From Pelagomonas calceolata (taxonomy: Eukaryota): a stretch of 64,000 bases of DNA. Below the pieces are notes generated by a model. It saw only the letters and a list, made by a program, of their open reading frames with translations, was not told where the DNA came from and ran no database searches. This document shows, one piece after another, positions 1 through 14,401 of the stretch (position 1 is the first letter of the stretch; every line of letters begins with the position of its first letter). The translations under genes were made by a program, and so were the position numbers. The DNA is taken from contig CAKKNE010000005.1 in the NCBI GenBank assembly GCA_918797485.1, positions 1,612,001 through 1,676,000 of the forward strand, in the 5' to 3' direction.

Positions 1-498
1 ATTACATCGTTTTGTCCCGATAGGACAAAATGGTGTAATGGAGTCTCCAATATGAACACACACACACATATATAGTCATACGTCATAAATATAATTTTAA
101 AATTCTAAAATCTACATTTTGTAAGGTCGGGGCGGGATATATCGGTGACGTCATAATTTTGTTGATGTGTCTTTTTTACACCACTTTTTTGATTAGAGGT
201 TGATTGTCCTATGGGCTTATTCGACCTCTAAAATCGAAAAAGTGGTGTAAACTTGAACTTTGAAAAAGCACTCCGAGTCAACTTATATCATCATCCGCCC
301 CCGTACATGCGGGTATTTGTATACTCAGGCTAGTATTAAGAAGTAGGGAGGATACCTCCGGTGCAGTGCTGTCTAATTGCCTAAGGTGCAGTTCTGCAAC
401 GGTGTTGTGAGAACGCAGTAATAAGTACTACACTTGGGCCTTCGAGTTACCGCAATGGTTTGGTCATGGGCACCGGCTATTTTTTCTTCGGATTTTGC

Positions 499-3400
499 TT
501 AATTATAGTGTCCTTTCACTTGTGTCTGAGTTACAAGCCCAAGGGTCTCAATGCCAATCAAGGCGATATTGCATGTACTGCAAATATGGCCTTTCATGCT
601 GTTTGTGTAAGCAGATTTACAAAATGAGCATCGTTCAAGCTGACTTCCTCGATAAATAGGGTCAAGGCTTTTACAATTGATCTCAAAAGGATTTCGTTCA
701 TCATAATTTAGTTTGAACTCATTTCGTGCCTTTTGCTCGCTCTTCTGAAGGACGGTTTGCGCTTTGTTGTGTAATTCTGACTTTCCCTGCGCCGAAGAGT
801 CTGGTAAATCTAGCAGGCGACGCGCAAATGAAGCTGCCGTGATAAAGTTCCCTCCTTTGTATGCTTGCGTCATGGCCAAATTAAGAGCAAGAGCAAGATG
901 AGCCGGCTGTAGATTGCAGTGCGTGAAATAGGCGGATAATTCCATTTGACGGACACCTTTTTCGATCGCATTTGCATGTTTTAGACGGATTGCAGTGACA
1001 TATTCGCGGGTTATGTCCATCAGCTCTCTCACCTAAGCCCCCAATTTTAGATAACAAGGCACACGAGTGGAAAGGAAAATAGGATAGAGGAGAAACCAAC
1101 CTCATTGGCATGTGATCGGCTTTCTGCTATTATCAGAGGGATACACCGCAATATGTGATGAAATCTTTCCCGGGAAGCTTGAAAATTGCCTTTCTGGAAC
1201 AGCCGGTAAGAATTCCTAAGAGCATCGATAAGTTGGGGCATTGAATTTGCTATTCTAGGGAAGCAGCTACCATTAGCCACGTTGCCATCACGCAGCATTG
1301 CAATCTCATATGATGAGGAAAGGGGCAAGCCAGGTACCGAGGATTTAGAGGCAGCGTGTAAGACCAAAAAACGTCCCCGCATAGGACTAAAATTGACGAT
1401 TGATATTTGGCGATTGAGATAATTCATTGATGATCCAAAAGACCCAGCCGCAGCATGATCAGCAGCATGTGCAGAGTTCTTGCACCAACGGTTTTCGGGA
1501 CAAATTCCAGCAACCGGGACTATATATGTGCGAGATACTGCCTCATCAGCCTTGAGATTCGAGCTTGCATAATCGGCATCCTCGTTGGCCGCATCATCGA
1601 TGTCTAGATCCTCGCCCCATCCCCCTACCTCGTCGGATTCCGCCTCCACTTCATCAACTTTGACGTCGTGTTCGTCTAGATCAAGGTCGGCATCCCATCC
1701 CGGGGAACTGGTGTGATCGACGGTGTCACCGTGTTCGCTTTGGTCCTCATATGAGTTCCGAAAAGTGCTCTTTGGTATCGCGAGTAGAGGCCAATTATCA
1801 GATCGTAAGATTGGAGTCGGAGGTTGCATGAGCTGTGAATTGTGCAATACAATTGGGATGGGGCGGCCCGCACTTTGCAGCAGCTCTTTGATTCGCCCTG
1901 CTTCCTCCAGCATCCCATGCGAGACTGCTGTCACATAAGCAAGAGGAGACTGACCGGCCTCTTCTAGAACTCGAGTGCGTTCAGTGGCATCACCAAGAAA
2001 TAATGAGTTGTGAAAGCGCCCCATAATATCCCTACGCATCTCTGCAATCTTCAACATCTTACGAAGTTTCTCGATATTCCCAGTCAATAGATAGAGAAAA
2101 GAAAGCCGCTCGAAATTCTTCGTACGTTGATATGACATTTCAACCACCTGGTGATTGCCTTGTCGAAGTGCCTCCATACCAAGCCTGTGCCAACATTCAT
2201 CATCACCAATTTCGTAGGCAGTGTTCATGGCCACTTCAATATTTCCACAAGCAAGTGCTAATTTGAATCGAGTTTGTAGGTCATCAACAAAGTGCAAGGC
2301 CACTTCAGGATATCCTTTCTCTTGTAAGTAAACAATTATTGCTTTGCCGCACAGCTTTGAGTGCTTGATCATGTTCATAACCTCCAGATAGTTTTTATCC
2401 TCCAGGGCTAGCTTAAATACGGCCTCTGTATTATCAACAGAAAGAATGCAATGCTTCAACTCGCGATCAAGACAGTAGAGCTGTTTCTGATTTGCTCTGG
2501 TTATGTATACTGGGACATCAAGAGTGCGAATAATACCCGTATCCCCATTGGTCAGACAATACTTCACATGGTTTAAGGTGGTATAGAGAAAAATACGATC
2601 GTCCCAACCTCCACCTTTAACGCGAACAGTTTCAGTCACACTACACAGCTGCTCGAGATCTCGAGAGGCAATAGTTATACCTTGATTTAAGATCATTAGA
2701 CTATGTGAGACTAAAGACAACGCACCGTGTTTGCTCAGAAGTGCAACCCTGCTACAGTCTTGATTCCATATTACGTACTTGATTCGTGCAACTTGCAATT
2801 CAGCAAGAACCCTTCTCGATTGAGGCTCAAAGAGCATGACTCTGTCATCTGTACGCAAAAGAAGGCGGCCTGATGTTCCAGCAAAGAACATGCAATCAGT
2901 GCTGGGATTAGGGGGAGGGACACTTTTTCTTTTCTCATTGTTGAGATCCTTGATGATTATCTATGACAGATTTGGTCAAAGGAAGGAGACGGGCTAATTA
3001 ACAGTACCTGGCGATTTTTGTCTAGGACCGCAAAACGATTTCGAGAGAGGAAGACAGCAGATAAAGCCAATCCCCGCTTGAGGTCTGAACTTTCGCCCTG
3101 TTGATTTGAGGCAATTACATCACCAGGGAAAACAAGCAACTCGAAAGACCCACCATCCTGTTGAGAGAAAAGTATTACGTTGTGTTCGGATGGGTTCATT
3201 GTATTATACTCCAAAGATCGAGGTCCAGCGCATACTCCATTCTGCGCGTGGCCGGTGGGGCGACGTAATGATAGCATTGGCAAGTCTCGGCGGGTGCTAT
3301 ATTCATGAATACGGAGATATCGATCTTTCACATAGAACAGAGTATCCAGATGGGAGCCAAATGCCGGCCTTTCACGTTCAAGTTTGAAAACAATCATCCC

Positions 3401-4396
3401 AGAATCATGTCCAGCAGCTAACAAGTTTTGCACGGGGTGAGCTGCAAGAATCCAGAATCGATCATTTTCACGTCGAAATGTTTGCACACCAAGTCGTTTT
3501 GATATGTCCCAGACTCGGATAGAACGATCTTCAGAGTTTGACACTATTAACTCATGCTTTGGATGGAAAACAACACAAGACACGTTATTACTATGGCCGC
3601 GCATGGTATCAACTTCCCAGGCCTTTGTCTCATTCATGCGCCATAGCTTTACTTGTCTATCATCTGCACCACTAATCACCAACGGTAGTGTTGGGTGAAA
3701 CGATGCCCAGTTCACGCCACGATCATGCCCTTCCAAGACATACTTGACAATGGCGTCATTTCCTCCAAAAAGGTCGGCATTGACTCTCGAGACAACGCTA
3801 CTTGCACTAGTGCTACTGGCGCCAAGTTCTTGTAATGATGATGAGGTGATATGGGTTCCGATTGCCACGGGGGGGCCCCGTACAGTTTTCTTTCTGAGAC
3901 CAGTAATGTCCCAGACCCGGACAGTCTGATCTAAGGATGCCGAGACGATAAGGTCATCTTGGGGATGAAATGAAGCACACATCACATAATGGTTGTGTCC
4001 CGTCAGTACGCTGACACATGATCGACTTTGCCAGTTCCAGATACGGATTGTTTGATCGTCACTCGCAGAAACTACCCAGGGATATTCGCCATGGAAATTG
4101 ACAGTGCGAATATAATCCAAATGCCCAAGCAAAGTGAACAGACATCTTCTGAGTTTATAATCCCAGACTTTGATGCGATAATCATCACCACCACTGACTA
4201 ATAATGGCTGAACATGGTGAAAATCGATGCCTCTGACAGGGCCGTCGTGCTCATCGAATCTCTCGAGCAGCGTACCCATACGATAGTCCCAGAGTTGTAT
4301 TACTCCATTGTGCAAACTTGTCAAGATCCATGGTCTCTGAGGATGAAATGCTAGTCCTTTCACTCGATTACTTTTGGATTCAAATTTGGTCAACAT
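499..4396 (-). CDS. COPA: Coatomer subunit alpha (alpha-COP); 4 exons: 4396-3008, 2960-2726, 2680-1101, 1032-499
   Basis: N-terminus [19 protein letters not shown] with WD40 repeats, Coatomer_WDAD region ([14 protein letters not shown]) and C-terminal [19 protein letters not shown] introns read at 2961-3007 (47 nt), 2681-2725 (45 nt, in-frame) and 1033-1100 (68 nt) join three ORFs. Confidence 0.97.
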
Positions 4397-5179
4397 CTCT
4401 CGACCGCGCTGGATTATTACTTATATAATTCAATAATTAGATTGCCCCAATAGATACCCGGGGCTCTACCAGCTTGTAGTACCGTGGTAGCTTCTACCTA
4501 CTACTGCGGAACTTTAAACCTGAATCGACTGGCGACCGGCCGTGAAAACCTAGGGCCGACTTCTTTTGCCGCGGCAAGGTCCCGAACCCGGGCCGAATCG
4601 GAGGTGAATTTCCGAATTTCCGCTCCACACGATTTTCGGCGTACGCGGGCGGTATCGCCTCACACTTGGATCTCGGCGCGAGGTGCGTATTTACTAGGCG
4701 GAAAAGCGGAGTATACCCGAGTGCGTACCTGCTTCGAGTATACGATGCGGCTTGAGTGCGCGGCCATTACCAACGACAAGCGAGTTTGTGCACGGTTTTG
4801 CGTCCCGAACACGACCTGGAAACTCACCACGAACGAGTTTGGGCGAGGACGCTACGTTGAGGCCACAGCAACCCCGGGCCAGAGACCACCAGTCGATATA
4901 TAGCTTGGACTCGGCGGCACGGGAGGGGGCGTGGCGGCTTGCGCCGAGAGTCGGCTGCTATCCGCAGCATTATGAGGATACGGGTGCTCTCCGCAGCTGC
5001 GACGTCATTGGTGCCCATACACGTTCTGCTGGTGGTAATTCATTGGGCCGCCATGCCGGTCACGGTCATTTTGGCCCGGATGCGAGGCCTTTTTTAGATA
5101 TGAGCATATTCACCTTAGGCTGTCTGCCTTGCCGTGACGGCTGGTGGGCTTCGGTACCTTAAGGGCCGTAGGGTACCGT

Positions 5180-5950
5180 AGATACTAGAGAGAGAAACCT
5201 ACTAGCCCTTCCTACCCTGGATTAACTTGAACCCTAGATATGTATCTCCCACTCAGGCTCTCTAAATTTGAGTCTATACATCGGGTGTACATTGCACTAC
5301 GGTGAAATACAATTTGCTATAAAACACTCTCGCAGTTAGGTTGGCCCAGCCTTTGCCAGTGGCTGGTGAGCTAGGACCTTGCTACCTTACATAACGCTGC
5401 GACATAGTCACTTGCAGGCTCTTGCTAGGTTATTGCGAAGAATATACCCCCTAGTACTACACTAGGCCCCTCTTACTCTCCTACTTAGTCCCACCTTGAC
5501 GTCACGGTAATGACTCGGAAGGTTTACACCACATTCATTCTTAGTGCTAGTATTACACGGGGAGTCACTTACGCCAAACTCACTCACACCGTTGCAGAGG
5601 GTCGGTATACCACCGCACCCTACTTATTTCCTGCAGGTTGTGTTGGACTCCCGATCAAGCACTCCGATATTCCGCAAGCATTTATTCAGTCCGATCTTGA
5701 TTCAAAGCAGTCATATATGGACTTACCCAAAGGTATAAGTTTACGGGACACCGACGGCAAGCTTCACACATCCGGCCCGGGCGGCGAGTCTCCCTCAGGC
5801 TCTCTCTAAATTTGAGTCTATACATCGGGTGTACATTGCACTACGGTGTAAACACAATTTGCTATAAAACACTCTCGCAGTTAGGTTGGCCCAGCCTTTG
5901 GCTGGTGAGCTAGGACCTTGCTACCTTACATAACGCTGCGACATACCTAC
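5180..5950 (+). mobile_element. Decayed Ty1/copia retrotransposon remnants with a ~155-bp direct repeat (5252-5406 / 5793-5945) and an RT fragment
   Basis: ORF 5510-5809 contains HSDIPQAFIQSDLD..YMDLPKG, resembling the copia RVT_2 motif (D..AFL..DL...YM..P.G). The repeat contains TCGCA followed by a degraded PBS-like GTTAGGTTGGCCCAG, similar to the LTR end at 61660. Confidence 0.7.
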
Positions 5951-6125
5951 GGTACTCTTGCTAGATACCGTAGGTACCATGGTACCTTAGAAGGATAAAA
6001 ACGCGTTTTTTGTTGTTTTATCGCGTGGATGGGTAAATCTTCACTTCACTCGGTAAGCTTTGATTGACTATGATACTTTTATGCCCCGATCGTGCCAGAT
6101 ATAGAACCGCTGCGAAGCAAGCAAA

Positions 6126-9100
6126 ATGGATTACAAAAAGGGCGGCGGACTAATTCTCTCCTCAGAGCGAGCGCAGCTGGTTGACGGGCTGTGGACAATT
6201 CAAAAGTACGGTGATTTCGCTCCTGGGGATAAGCGACTGGCGCGTGTGTTTGTGACTGGCCGAGTAGAGATGCGACAACTTGGAGGACTGTTTAAATTGT
6301 CTTTTGATGGCTTGGCCGTGCAGCGACTGGCAGATAATCCTTCGCAAAGCCCTCTTAAAGCAAAGGTGTTCCTTACTCGCAAAAAGGCAAAAAAGCGCAT
6401 GGCAGATTTGGAAGAAACGGGTTACAGTGTGCCCATCTCACGTGATTTAGATAAGAATGGATTCGTTTGCAGTGGAGACGCGACCCTGGGCACATTTGAC
6501 TTGACACTGAGGAACGCACCCGACAACCCGCTACTTTATCGCGGGCTATGCATAGCAAAATCTGCCCAGGACACGCCATTGACAGAAGAACCTGCGGTCT
6601 ATGGATTCGTGAGGTTCGTTGACGACCGACCGCAGATAACTACAACGGAGAATGTCCTCGGTCTCCATGAGAACGAGGATTTGATGGGGAACAAGACTAT
6701 TATGCATGATGGCACAGACTCAAAATACAAGCCAATCCAGGCATACACGCGCACCGCACTGCGCAGGGTTATTGGACGTACATTTCATTGATTGTTACCA
6801 GAGGCGGAACTGGCTGTCCCCTAGGCGCGAAAGGCATGGAAGGCGCTCGAGCTTGCTGAAGAGCAGCAAATCGGCTTCGATGAGTTTAAACGCGCCCTAG
6901 ATCTCCTTGATTTGACACTTCTAGAAACACGTGCCATGCGACTTTTCGAGGCTGTTGACCTAAATCAATCAGATCAAGTTGGCATTACAGAATTTGAGAT
7001 TGCTCTCATGATAAATGATAGTAAGTTTGCAGTATAATATAATAACCTCACCAGTCGCGATTGGCCCATCCTATCTAACCTTGTAGGTACCCCAGATTTG
7101 GGTCTTACTCCAAATGATGCCTTTCGTATGTTCGACCTTGATCAGACTGGTAAAATAACAAAAACGGCGTTCCGGAGGGTTATTGGCGCTCTGGGGGCGG
7201 GTGAAAAACTACCCGGGAAGACGGTGGACAGTGAGGAACGAAAGATGGCAATTGAGGCATTTTTTGACAAACTCGACCTGGATAGAAGTGGCGAAATCAG
7301 TTATACCACCTTTAGAAGCGCCTGGGTTAAGCTGGTAGATGTAAACACAGAGTTAACGAAGAGACAAAGAAAACCGTATTCAGTCCCAAGGGCTCTTCAA
7401 ATGTTCCAGTTTTTGGCTGACATACTAAATCGTGCAGCTCTTCTCACACTATCTGCAGCAGAGGAGGCGGAGGAGAAGCAAAGTTTCCAACGCGCGAGAC
7501 AACATATAGATCGGTTGAGAGTTGAAGCACGAACACGCCGAGATGAACACCGTCGAGCAAGACAAGCGGAAAGGGAGCGTGTGTCACTGGTAGCAGCCAA
7601 AGACATTGCTCTCCGAAACAAGGATAGAGCCGCGCGGCTGGTACAGGAGCAAAAGTTGAGAAATAAGCAGCGCGCTGAAGAGAAATTGATGAAAAATCGC
7701 CTGGAAGCAGAGCAGGCTGCAGCGAAGCGCCGAGAGAATGCAGCTTTAAAAGCAGAGAGGAAAAAGCGAGAAGCCGATCGTGTTGCTATGATCAGGATGG
7801 CCGGTGCAGATCGCCTGGACTGTTCCCGGCGAAGCTATCGCTTGCTACCAGCAGAGCTGTACATAGGACGTGATGCGCAAGAGGGACTAGCGGACCTAGT
7901 AATGTTAGACCTCGGAGAAAATTGTCTCGAGACCTTACCAACAGGATTCCTTATGTGGTTCGCGTCGCTGAGATATCTCAGGCTTACTGCGAATCGCCTG
8001 GAGTATCTCCCAAAAGACGAATTGGGGGATATGGGTCAACTAGAGGTGTTGAAAGTTAATAGCAACAACCTCATTGATATTCCAGATTCTATTGGTGAGC
8101 TAAGTATGCTCAGAGAGTTGCGTGTGAGTAATAATAACCTCAGGAAGTTGCCAAGTTCAATTCAGCGCGTTGTGTCTATTGAATGCCTCAGTGCATCTTC
8201 CAATCAACTTGTTTCACTGCCAGACATGTCTGGGTTGCAATTCATGAGAGATCTCTGTTTGCGGGGAAACAAGTTATTTGAACTACCAGAATCTCTACCC
8301 GACATGGTGTCACTAACAAGGCTGGACGTGCACAATAATCAGATTCATAAATTACCTCAAAACATCGGAGATTTAAAAAAATTGCGTGTACTTAACATTA
8401 GCGTGAATCGAGTAACAACATTCCCAGATAGTGCATCTGGCTTGAGTGGCTGCGAATCTTTTCTCCTGCAGGAGAATGAAATTCTTCATCTTGGCGTTTG
8501 GGCTGGCGGGTGGAAATGTGCCTCGTTTTTAGACATAAGGGGCAATAAGATTGAGCATGTTGACCGGTCTGTGGGTTCTCTTCGAAATCTAACCGTCATA
8601 CGACTGGACAAAAATAAGATAGAGCAACTTTCTCCACAAATAGGCCTCGCCCAGTCACTAGAAGTCTTGCATGTTTCTGACAACATTCTAAAGAAACTCC
8701 CCGTGGAACTTGGCGCCCTGGCGCTACTGCACACTTTAAAACTATGTAAAAATTTCATTTTTAAGCACCTGCCAGAGCAATTGGGACTGCTCAGGTCGGT
8801 GACTGACTTGGATATCTCTCAGAACATGATTGAATCACTCCCAGACACAATTGGTGGACTTGGAGAGCTTGTAAAACTCAACTTGGCGCACAATCGGCTG
8901 TCAACTGTACCGGAAACTATCATCCATTGCACGCGATTGCATGAACTCTATCTATCTTCAAATCACATTAAGCGATTGCCGATGCACCTTGGAAAGTGCA
9001 CTCCTCTCCGCATTCTTGATCTTCAGTCTAATCTCATCGTGGAAATACCTGCAAACCTTGCATGCCTGATAAATCTTCGATCTCTACACCTTGGGAAAAA

Positions 9101-9860
9101 TCTTTTGCGGGCCCTGCCTCTTGATATCGTCTATCTCTGTGAGACTGTAGAGAAGCTTAGTTTGGATAGAAATCCATTCACTGACCTCCCACCTAGGTGG
9201 GCCAAATTTTCAGGATGCTCTGCGCACGAGCGGAGCCTTTGGCCTTCAGGTTACAACAACGAGCTAGCAATTTCCTGGGTAAAGGACCATTCTGCCTTCT
9301 ACCAAGCTGCCTCTGAAGAATGGCAGATGACCGGTCCCATGCATGTATCCAGCCGATCAAATCTTGCCGCTTACGAGGCTGCCGTCAAGAAGCGCTGCGG
9401 CCCTGCTTGGCAGCCTCACCTGCTTTCTCTTGTGCGTGCATACTATTTCAAGGCAAGGCATACTGGCAGCTGTCCGAAGTTTAATTATTTAACAGCAATA
9501 GAATCAAAACTTCGTTCCAGAGCCAGAAAAAGAATAGCTTCAATCCGCAATAGCCGCCATCGGGTGGCACTTGACGCTGCAGCAGAATACAATACTGTTT
9601 TAACAGAACTATACCATAGCAATCTTCTGTGTCGCTTGGGTAAGATTCAAGACCTTGGGCAAATCAGAAGAAAAAATAGAGTCTCGCGCCACTCGAAACC
9701 GAGAAAAACTATTGCTCTCAAACAGGCTCATATACTCAAGGCCGATCAGGATCGTGAAGGACGGATTGAATTGGAAGAACTCCACGCGCACCTTTGGAGC
9801 TCCTTTGGGTGTCCAGCTGATGGTGAGCATTTTTTTCCTTCAGGATTTACACGATGTTGA
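6126..9860 (+). CDS. EF-hand + coiled-coil + leucine-rich-repeat protein; introns ~6768-6824 and 7021-7086
   Basis: EF-hand loops (DLNQSDQVGITEF, DLDQTGKIT, DLDRSGEISY), an E/R/K-rich coiled coil and a long run of LxxLxLxxNxL repeats. GT-AG introns join ORF 6126-6791, a middle exon and ORF 7098-9860 in frame. Confidence 0.8.
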
Positions 9861-10225
9861 CATTAATGCAAGTCAGTCAGGGACATGTACAAGACAACCC
9901 GTCTCCGGAGTTCAACCAAGCAAATGGATCTAGCGCCCCTGGCGCCTGCTGTAGTCTGCTGGCGAGGAGGACGCAAAACGAGATTGACCGTGTTGTCTCT
10001 GAAATTAGATGTGAGCTCGAAGACGCGCCTATAAAGAACTTTTGGAGCTCGCTGGCCAGGTTCGAGCCGATTCAGCGAGACTGGGTCCGCTAGAGTTTGC
10101 ATGGGTCCGGCGCGCCTGCGAGCCGTACCTTTGATCCCTTTTTTATTCTATTCCTAAGTATTGCGCACGCGCATTTAAAAAGGGGAATAGGACACCTCGC
10201 GAGCGGCAGCCCGGGCCCTAGCGGC

Positions 10226-12841
10226 CTAGAGCCGGTCGAGGAAGCGGTCGAGAGGCGGGATTTCGGGGTTGAGTCCCTTGCGCTTGCGGACCTGCCCGAT
10301 GACAGCGCCGGGCTTGGACGCAAGGTCTGTTGGGTCGCCCTGGAGTACAGCCCAGTGTGAGAATACCATCTGGGGGAATGCCTTGCCACCCGTGGCCGCG
10401 CGAACGTCGGCGTTGAAGCCGAAGGACTCCATTACCGGCATGTGTGCCTTCATTTGGACCATCGGCGTGCCCGGGCGCTGCTCTTCGGAGAACACAACGC
10501 CGCGGCGGCGAGTGAGCACACCGTAGCAACCGCCCATGGCGTCCTGTGGCACGGAGATATCGACAAGGAAGAGAGGCTCCTGGAGAACAGGCTGCGCCAG
10601 CAGCAGCGACGCGAACATTACGCGACGCGCGGTTGGCATGATCTGACCCATGCCGCGATGTATCGCGTCGGCATGAAGCGTTACGTCAAGGAGCTTGAAC
10701 GAAACACCACGCATCTGCTCGTCACAGAGGACAGAAGACTTGGACGCCCACTGGAAGCCGGCAACAACAGACTCGCGGATCTCACCAAGATAGTTTACAC
10801 CCTTAGTCTGGTCGTACAGGAGATTGGCACCGGACCCGTCAGGCCCAAAGCCCCAGATCTTGCGTGCATCGCCAACATCCCAGCCGTATTCGTCGGCCAT
10901 GAGGCGCGCACGGAGTTTGGGGTCGTCCTTGGCCGAGACCTTGCCTGCCTCGATGGCATCAGAAAGCTCGTCGGAGAGGGGTGCCGCCTCCATGTAGAGC
11001 CGATTATGTTTGTTCGGCGACTTGGAAAGGCACGTCTGCGAAGAGTTTGCGGAGCACGACTCGCGGTATGAGACGACAGGATCGGAGACCTTGACGTCCG
11101 TTCCCATGAAATCCTCTTGGAGGTCCTTGAGGCAGATCTCGAGGTGAAGCTCACCAGTTGCCGCTATGATATGTTCGCCCGACTCCTCCGTGTAGCAGAG
11201 GACCATGGGGTCTGACTTGGCGAGGCGCTTGAGGCCCTCGACGAGCTTGGGGAGGTCTTGCGCCTTCTTCGGTTCGACTGCGCAGCGAACAACAGGCGAG
11301 ACGCTGAACTTCATCGTTTTGATGCAGTGCGCTTCATCATGTGTCGATATCGTACCGCTCTTGAGGAGGTACTGGTCGACACCTACGAGGCCGCACGTGT
11401 TGCCGGCAGGTATGTCCTGGACCTGCTCCTGAAAGCGTCCCATCATAATGAGCGTACGTTGGATATTCTTCACCCAGAGATCACTCTTCTTGCCAGGGAT
11501 GTAGTTGGGGCCCATGATGCGAACCTTCTGACCTGTCGCGATCTTCCCCGAAAACACGCGGCCAAAGGCAAAGAACCGACCCCGATCAGAGGACGGGACC
11601 ATCTTGGAGATGTACATCATGAGCGGTGCACCATCGGACGTGTCACAAGTACGGATTGCGTTGGCACATGCGTCGTCGAGCGGCCCATCGTACAGGTTCT
11701 CGACGCGATAGCGCTGCGCCGCTGCTGGCGAGGGTAGCTTGACGACAATCATCTCGAGGATTGCGTCACCGACAGGTAACCATTTCTGCATGACGCATTT
11801 CAAGAGGGGCTTGCCTACCAGCTCGTCCTCCTCTTTTTTGAGAGTCACGCCAACAGCCTTGAGGAGCTTCTGGATCTTCAGCTTCTTGTCCTCCATGATC
11901 GCCGCGAACATCTTGCAGATAGGAGTCATGATGAACTGGCAAAATGCGCGCTCGAGTTGGCCATCACGATCTGACTTGACCCATTTCTTACCCTTGGCAT
12001 CAAAGTAATTGTCGCCCCAGAGCTTCTGCATCATCTTGTCGTATCCTATGCCAAACTTCTCGGAATACATGCGCGCGAACTTGCACAACGTGAACCCCCA
12101 CTGGTGGAGGCCCGAACCAAATGACACAGTACCCTTCTCGGGATACACCTGACAGTCGCCGAGCAACTCATCGTTGTACGTTGCGATGATGACGTTGACC
12201 GACTCCACCGACCGCTGAAAACACTGGTACATATCCTCAGGTGAGAGCTGGAGCTCAAGCAGGGCGCGGTCAACCTTGTTAACGTGGAGCACAGGGCGAA
12301 CACGCTCGCCGATCGCTTGGCGAAGGACGGTCTCAGTCTGGACACAGACACCTTCGATGGTGTCGACGACCACCAAAGCGCCATCAGTAATACGTAGTGC
12401 AGCAGTCACTTCAGATGAAAAGTCGACGTGGCCCGGCGAGTCAATCAGGTTGATGAGGTAGCTGTTCTCAGTGATGGTCGGCCCGTCGTCAGATGACGCA
12501 AGCGCGAACGCCGCGGCGGCAGTCTCGTCACCCCCCGTGACTGCGAGCGCTCGGCCCTCAGCCTTGGCTACCTCGGCCTTCTCGCCATCGGACATCTTGT
12601 ATTCGAAGAACATGGAAATGCCTGTCGACTTGATCGTGATGCCGCGTTCTGCTTCGTCCGCTCGCGTGTCGGTGTAGCGCATCTCGCCGGCGTGCTTCTT
12701 CGCAATGATGCCCGCCTTGGCGACGAGCGAGTCTGTCAGCGTCGACTTCCCGTGGTCGACGTGCGCAATCACACTCATGCTCCGGATGTTGTACTTGAGG
12801 TCCATCAGTGACCGCAGCTGCTCGGTGGTGAAATTCACCAT
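10226..12841 (-). CDS. EEF2: Eukaryotic translation elongation factor 2
   Basis: MVNFT start, [34 protein letters not shown], diphthamide loop LHADAIHRG. Intronless with strongly GC-rich codon usage. Confidence 0.99.
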   Translation of the reverse strand: MVNFTTEQLRSLMDLKYNIRSMSVIAHVDHGKSTLTDSLVAKAGIIAKKHAGEMRYTDTRADEAERGITIKSTGISMFFEYKMSDGEKAEVAKAEGRALAVTGGDETAAAAFALASSDDGPTITENSYLINLIDSPGHVDFSSEVTAALRITDGALVVVDTIEGVCVQTETVLRQAIGERVRPVLHVNKVDRALLELQLSPEDMYQCFQRSVESVNVIIATYNDELLGDCQVYPEKGTVSFGSGLHQWGFTLCKFARMYSEKFGIGYDKMMQKLWGDNYFDAKGKKWVKSDRDGQLERAFCQFIMTPICKMFAAIMEDKKLKIQKLLKAVGVTLKKEEDELVGKPLLKCVMQKWLPVGDAILEMIVVKLPSPAAAQRYRVENLYDGPLDDACANAIRTCDTSDGAPLMMYISKMVPSSDRGRFFAFGRVFSGKIATGQKVRIMGPNYIPGKKSDLWVKNIQRTLIMMGRFQEQVQDIPAGNTCGLVGVDQYLLKSGTISTHDEAHCIKTMKFSVSPVVRCAVEPKKAQDLPKLVEGLKRLAKSDPMVLCYTEESGEHIIAATGELHLEICLKDLQEDFMGTDVKVSDPVVSYRESCSANSSQTCLSKSPNKHNRLYMEAAPLSDELSDAIEAGKVSAKDDPKLRARLMADEYGWDVGDARKIWGFGPDGSGANLLYDQTKGVNYLGEIRESVVAGFQWASKSSVLCDEQMRGVSFKLLDVTLHADAIHRGMGQIMPTARRVMFASLLLAQPVLQEPLFLVDISVPQDAMGGCYGVLTRRRGVVFSEEQRPGTPMVQMKAHMPVMESFGFNADVRAATGGKAFPQMVFSHWAVLQGDPTDLASKPGAVIGQVRKRKGLNPEIPPLDRFLDRL

Positions 12842-14401
12842 GGTGCCTGCTTCTCACGGCCGCGGCCGAGCCGAGCGAGACGTCGCCGAGTGCCGCCGCT
12901 AGTACGAGTACGTACGGTCGGTTTTTAAACGCCAAGAGCGCTCGGGACTCGAGGACTCTTAACATTATGTCTTCATGGGGGTACTTTCACCGCGCGCAGG
13001 GTTGCGCGTAGGATATAGTGCGTAGGGTCGTGAGCCTGGACTATGGGTAGCTAGGTAGGAATTAGCCGTACGTTGGTTTTGATGTCCAGCAGCGGGCTTG
13101 GCGGTGCTGCCGGCAATGCCCGCAGCGGGGCTTTGGCGTGGGGGCTCCTTATGATGTCGTCGGGTCCCATGCAAAGCGGGCTGCCATATAATTGCGATGC
13201 TGCTTTGATTCTAATTAGCTGCCGACGGCGCCTAAATTCACGCTAAAAACCGTGCATTCGGAAAATGCGCTATCGGCGCGAGGGAGAGCCGCTTGGAGCC
13301 CTGGGCGCCCAGGAAAGGGACTCCTAGGAAAATTTAGATAAATCTCGGAGACACCCAATTTTTACGCCCCCTTCGCTTCGCCTTCCAGGGCTCCTCAGCG
13401 TCAATTATCGTTCGCAGGGATGGATCGTACCCTCGACTGCCCTCGCGTAACGTGGATTTGGTCGTTTCGGTGCTTTTAGTCGACTGCGAGACGGTCCCGC
13501 CCGAGACACATAATACGACACTATCTCCAGCTTCTCGAGCACTTGAACGCAGCCGCAGTGTCCGGGGGTACCCCACGCATGTGCCCGACCCGTTTCCTTG
13601 TTTCGCGCATCCCGTCTAGCGGAATGCCGCGGGTCGCGCCGCGGTGCGGTACGCCGCAAGTAATCTCAGCGACAGAATTGGTGCAGATAGCTGCCCCTGC
13701 GCGTTTCACTGGCTTCAGTACCTTCTCGGGCAGCCTCGGCTCAGCAAAAATTTTTCGCGGGGAGCCTCGCGCGGCCCGCTAAGGGCGCGTCGAAGGGCCG
13801 AACTTCAGGCCAGCTTTTCTCGGCCGCTACAGGCGCACACTTGTCACGGCCAACGCGGCTGGGTAGCCCTGGCTGTGGGCTTTCCAGCGCACCAGCCCGT
13901 GACAAGTGTGCACCCGATGGGGCTGAGCACTGGACGTGTTTTGCCCTCAGTGGCGCCAGCTCTAGCCTCAGTGCCTGGACTCGTACGCAATTTTTTTTAC
14001 GAGTGCTCGGCAAGTGTTGGCGCAGCCCCGTAGCGTTAATGGGACGGGGCACACAGGCCCTGGTGAGTTTTGCGTCACTAGCCTCTAGTGTGTTTTGCTC
14101 CGCTCGCCGAAATGCTGTCCTTCGCCGAGCGCTCGCATAGTAGCGCTCGCCCCTTTACCCCTTTCCGATGACCACCTTTCCAAAACCATCGGGGCCGATG
14201 CTACCGCGAAACTGTCGCCGACACTAGGACCATTTCACCCGCTCTCACCCGTGACTCTCGCCGATGCCGTCCAAACGCGGTTTACAAAAACATAGCTTGG
14301 GGGTACCGAGCCGTAGGCCCGTCTACGCCCGTAGCCGGGGCTGCCGCCCGCACCGGGTGTCGAATAGAAAACCCGCTACTGTGAAAAGCTGGCTGGTTGA
14401 G

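Noticed and set aside
2681..2725. 15-aa insertion in COPA ([15 protein letters not shown])
   Set aside because: It is a 45-nt in-frame GT-AG intron without a stop codon.
13174..14300. Many overlapping short ORFs in GC-rich spacers (also 4484-5162, 28824-29976, 57135-57633, 61858-62277)
   Set aside because: No recognisable domains. They are GC-rich or scar-derived low-complexity sequence and probable repeat debris.
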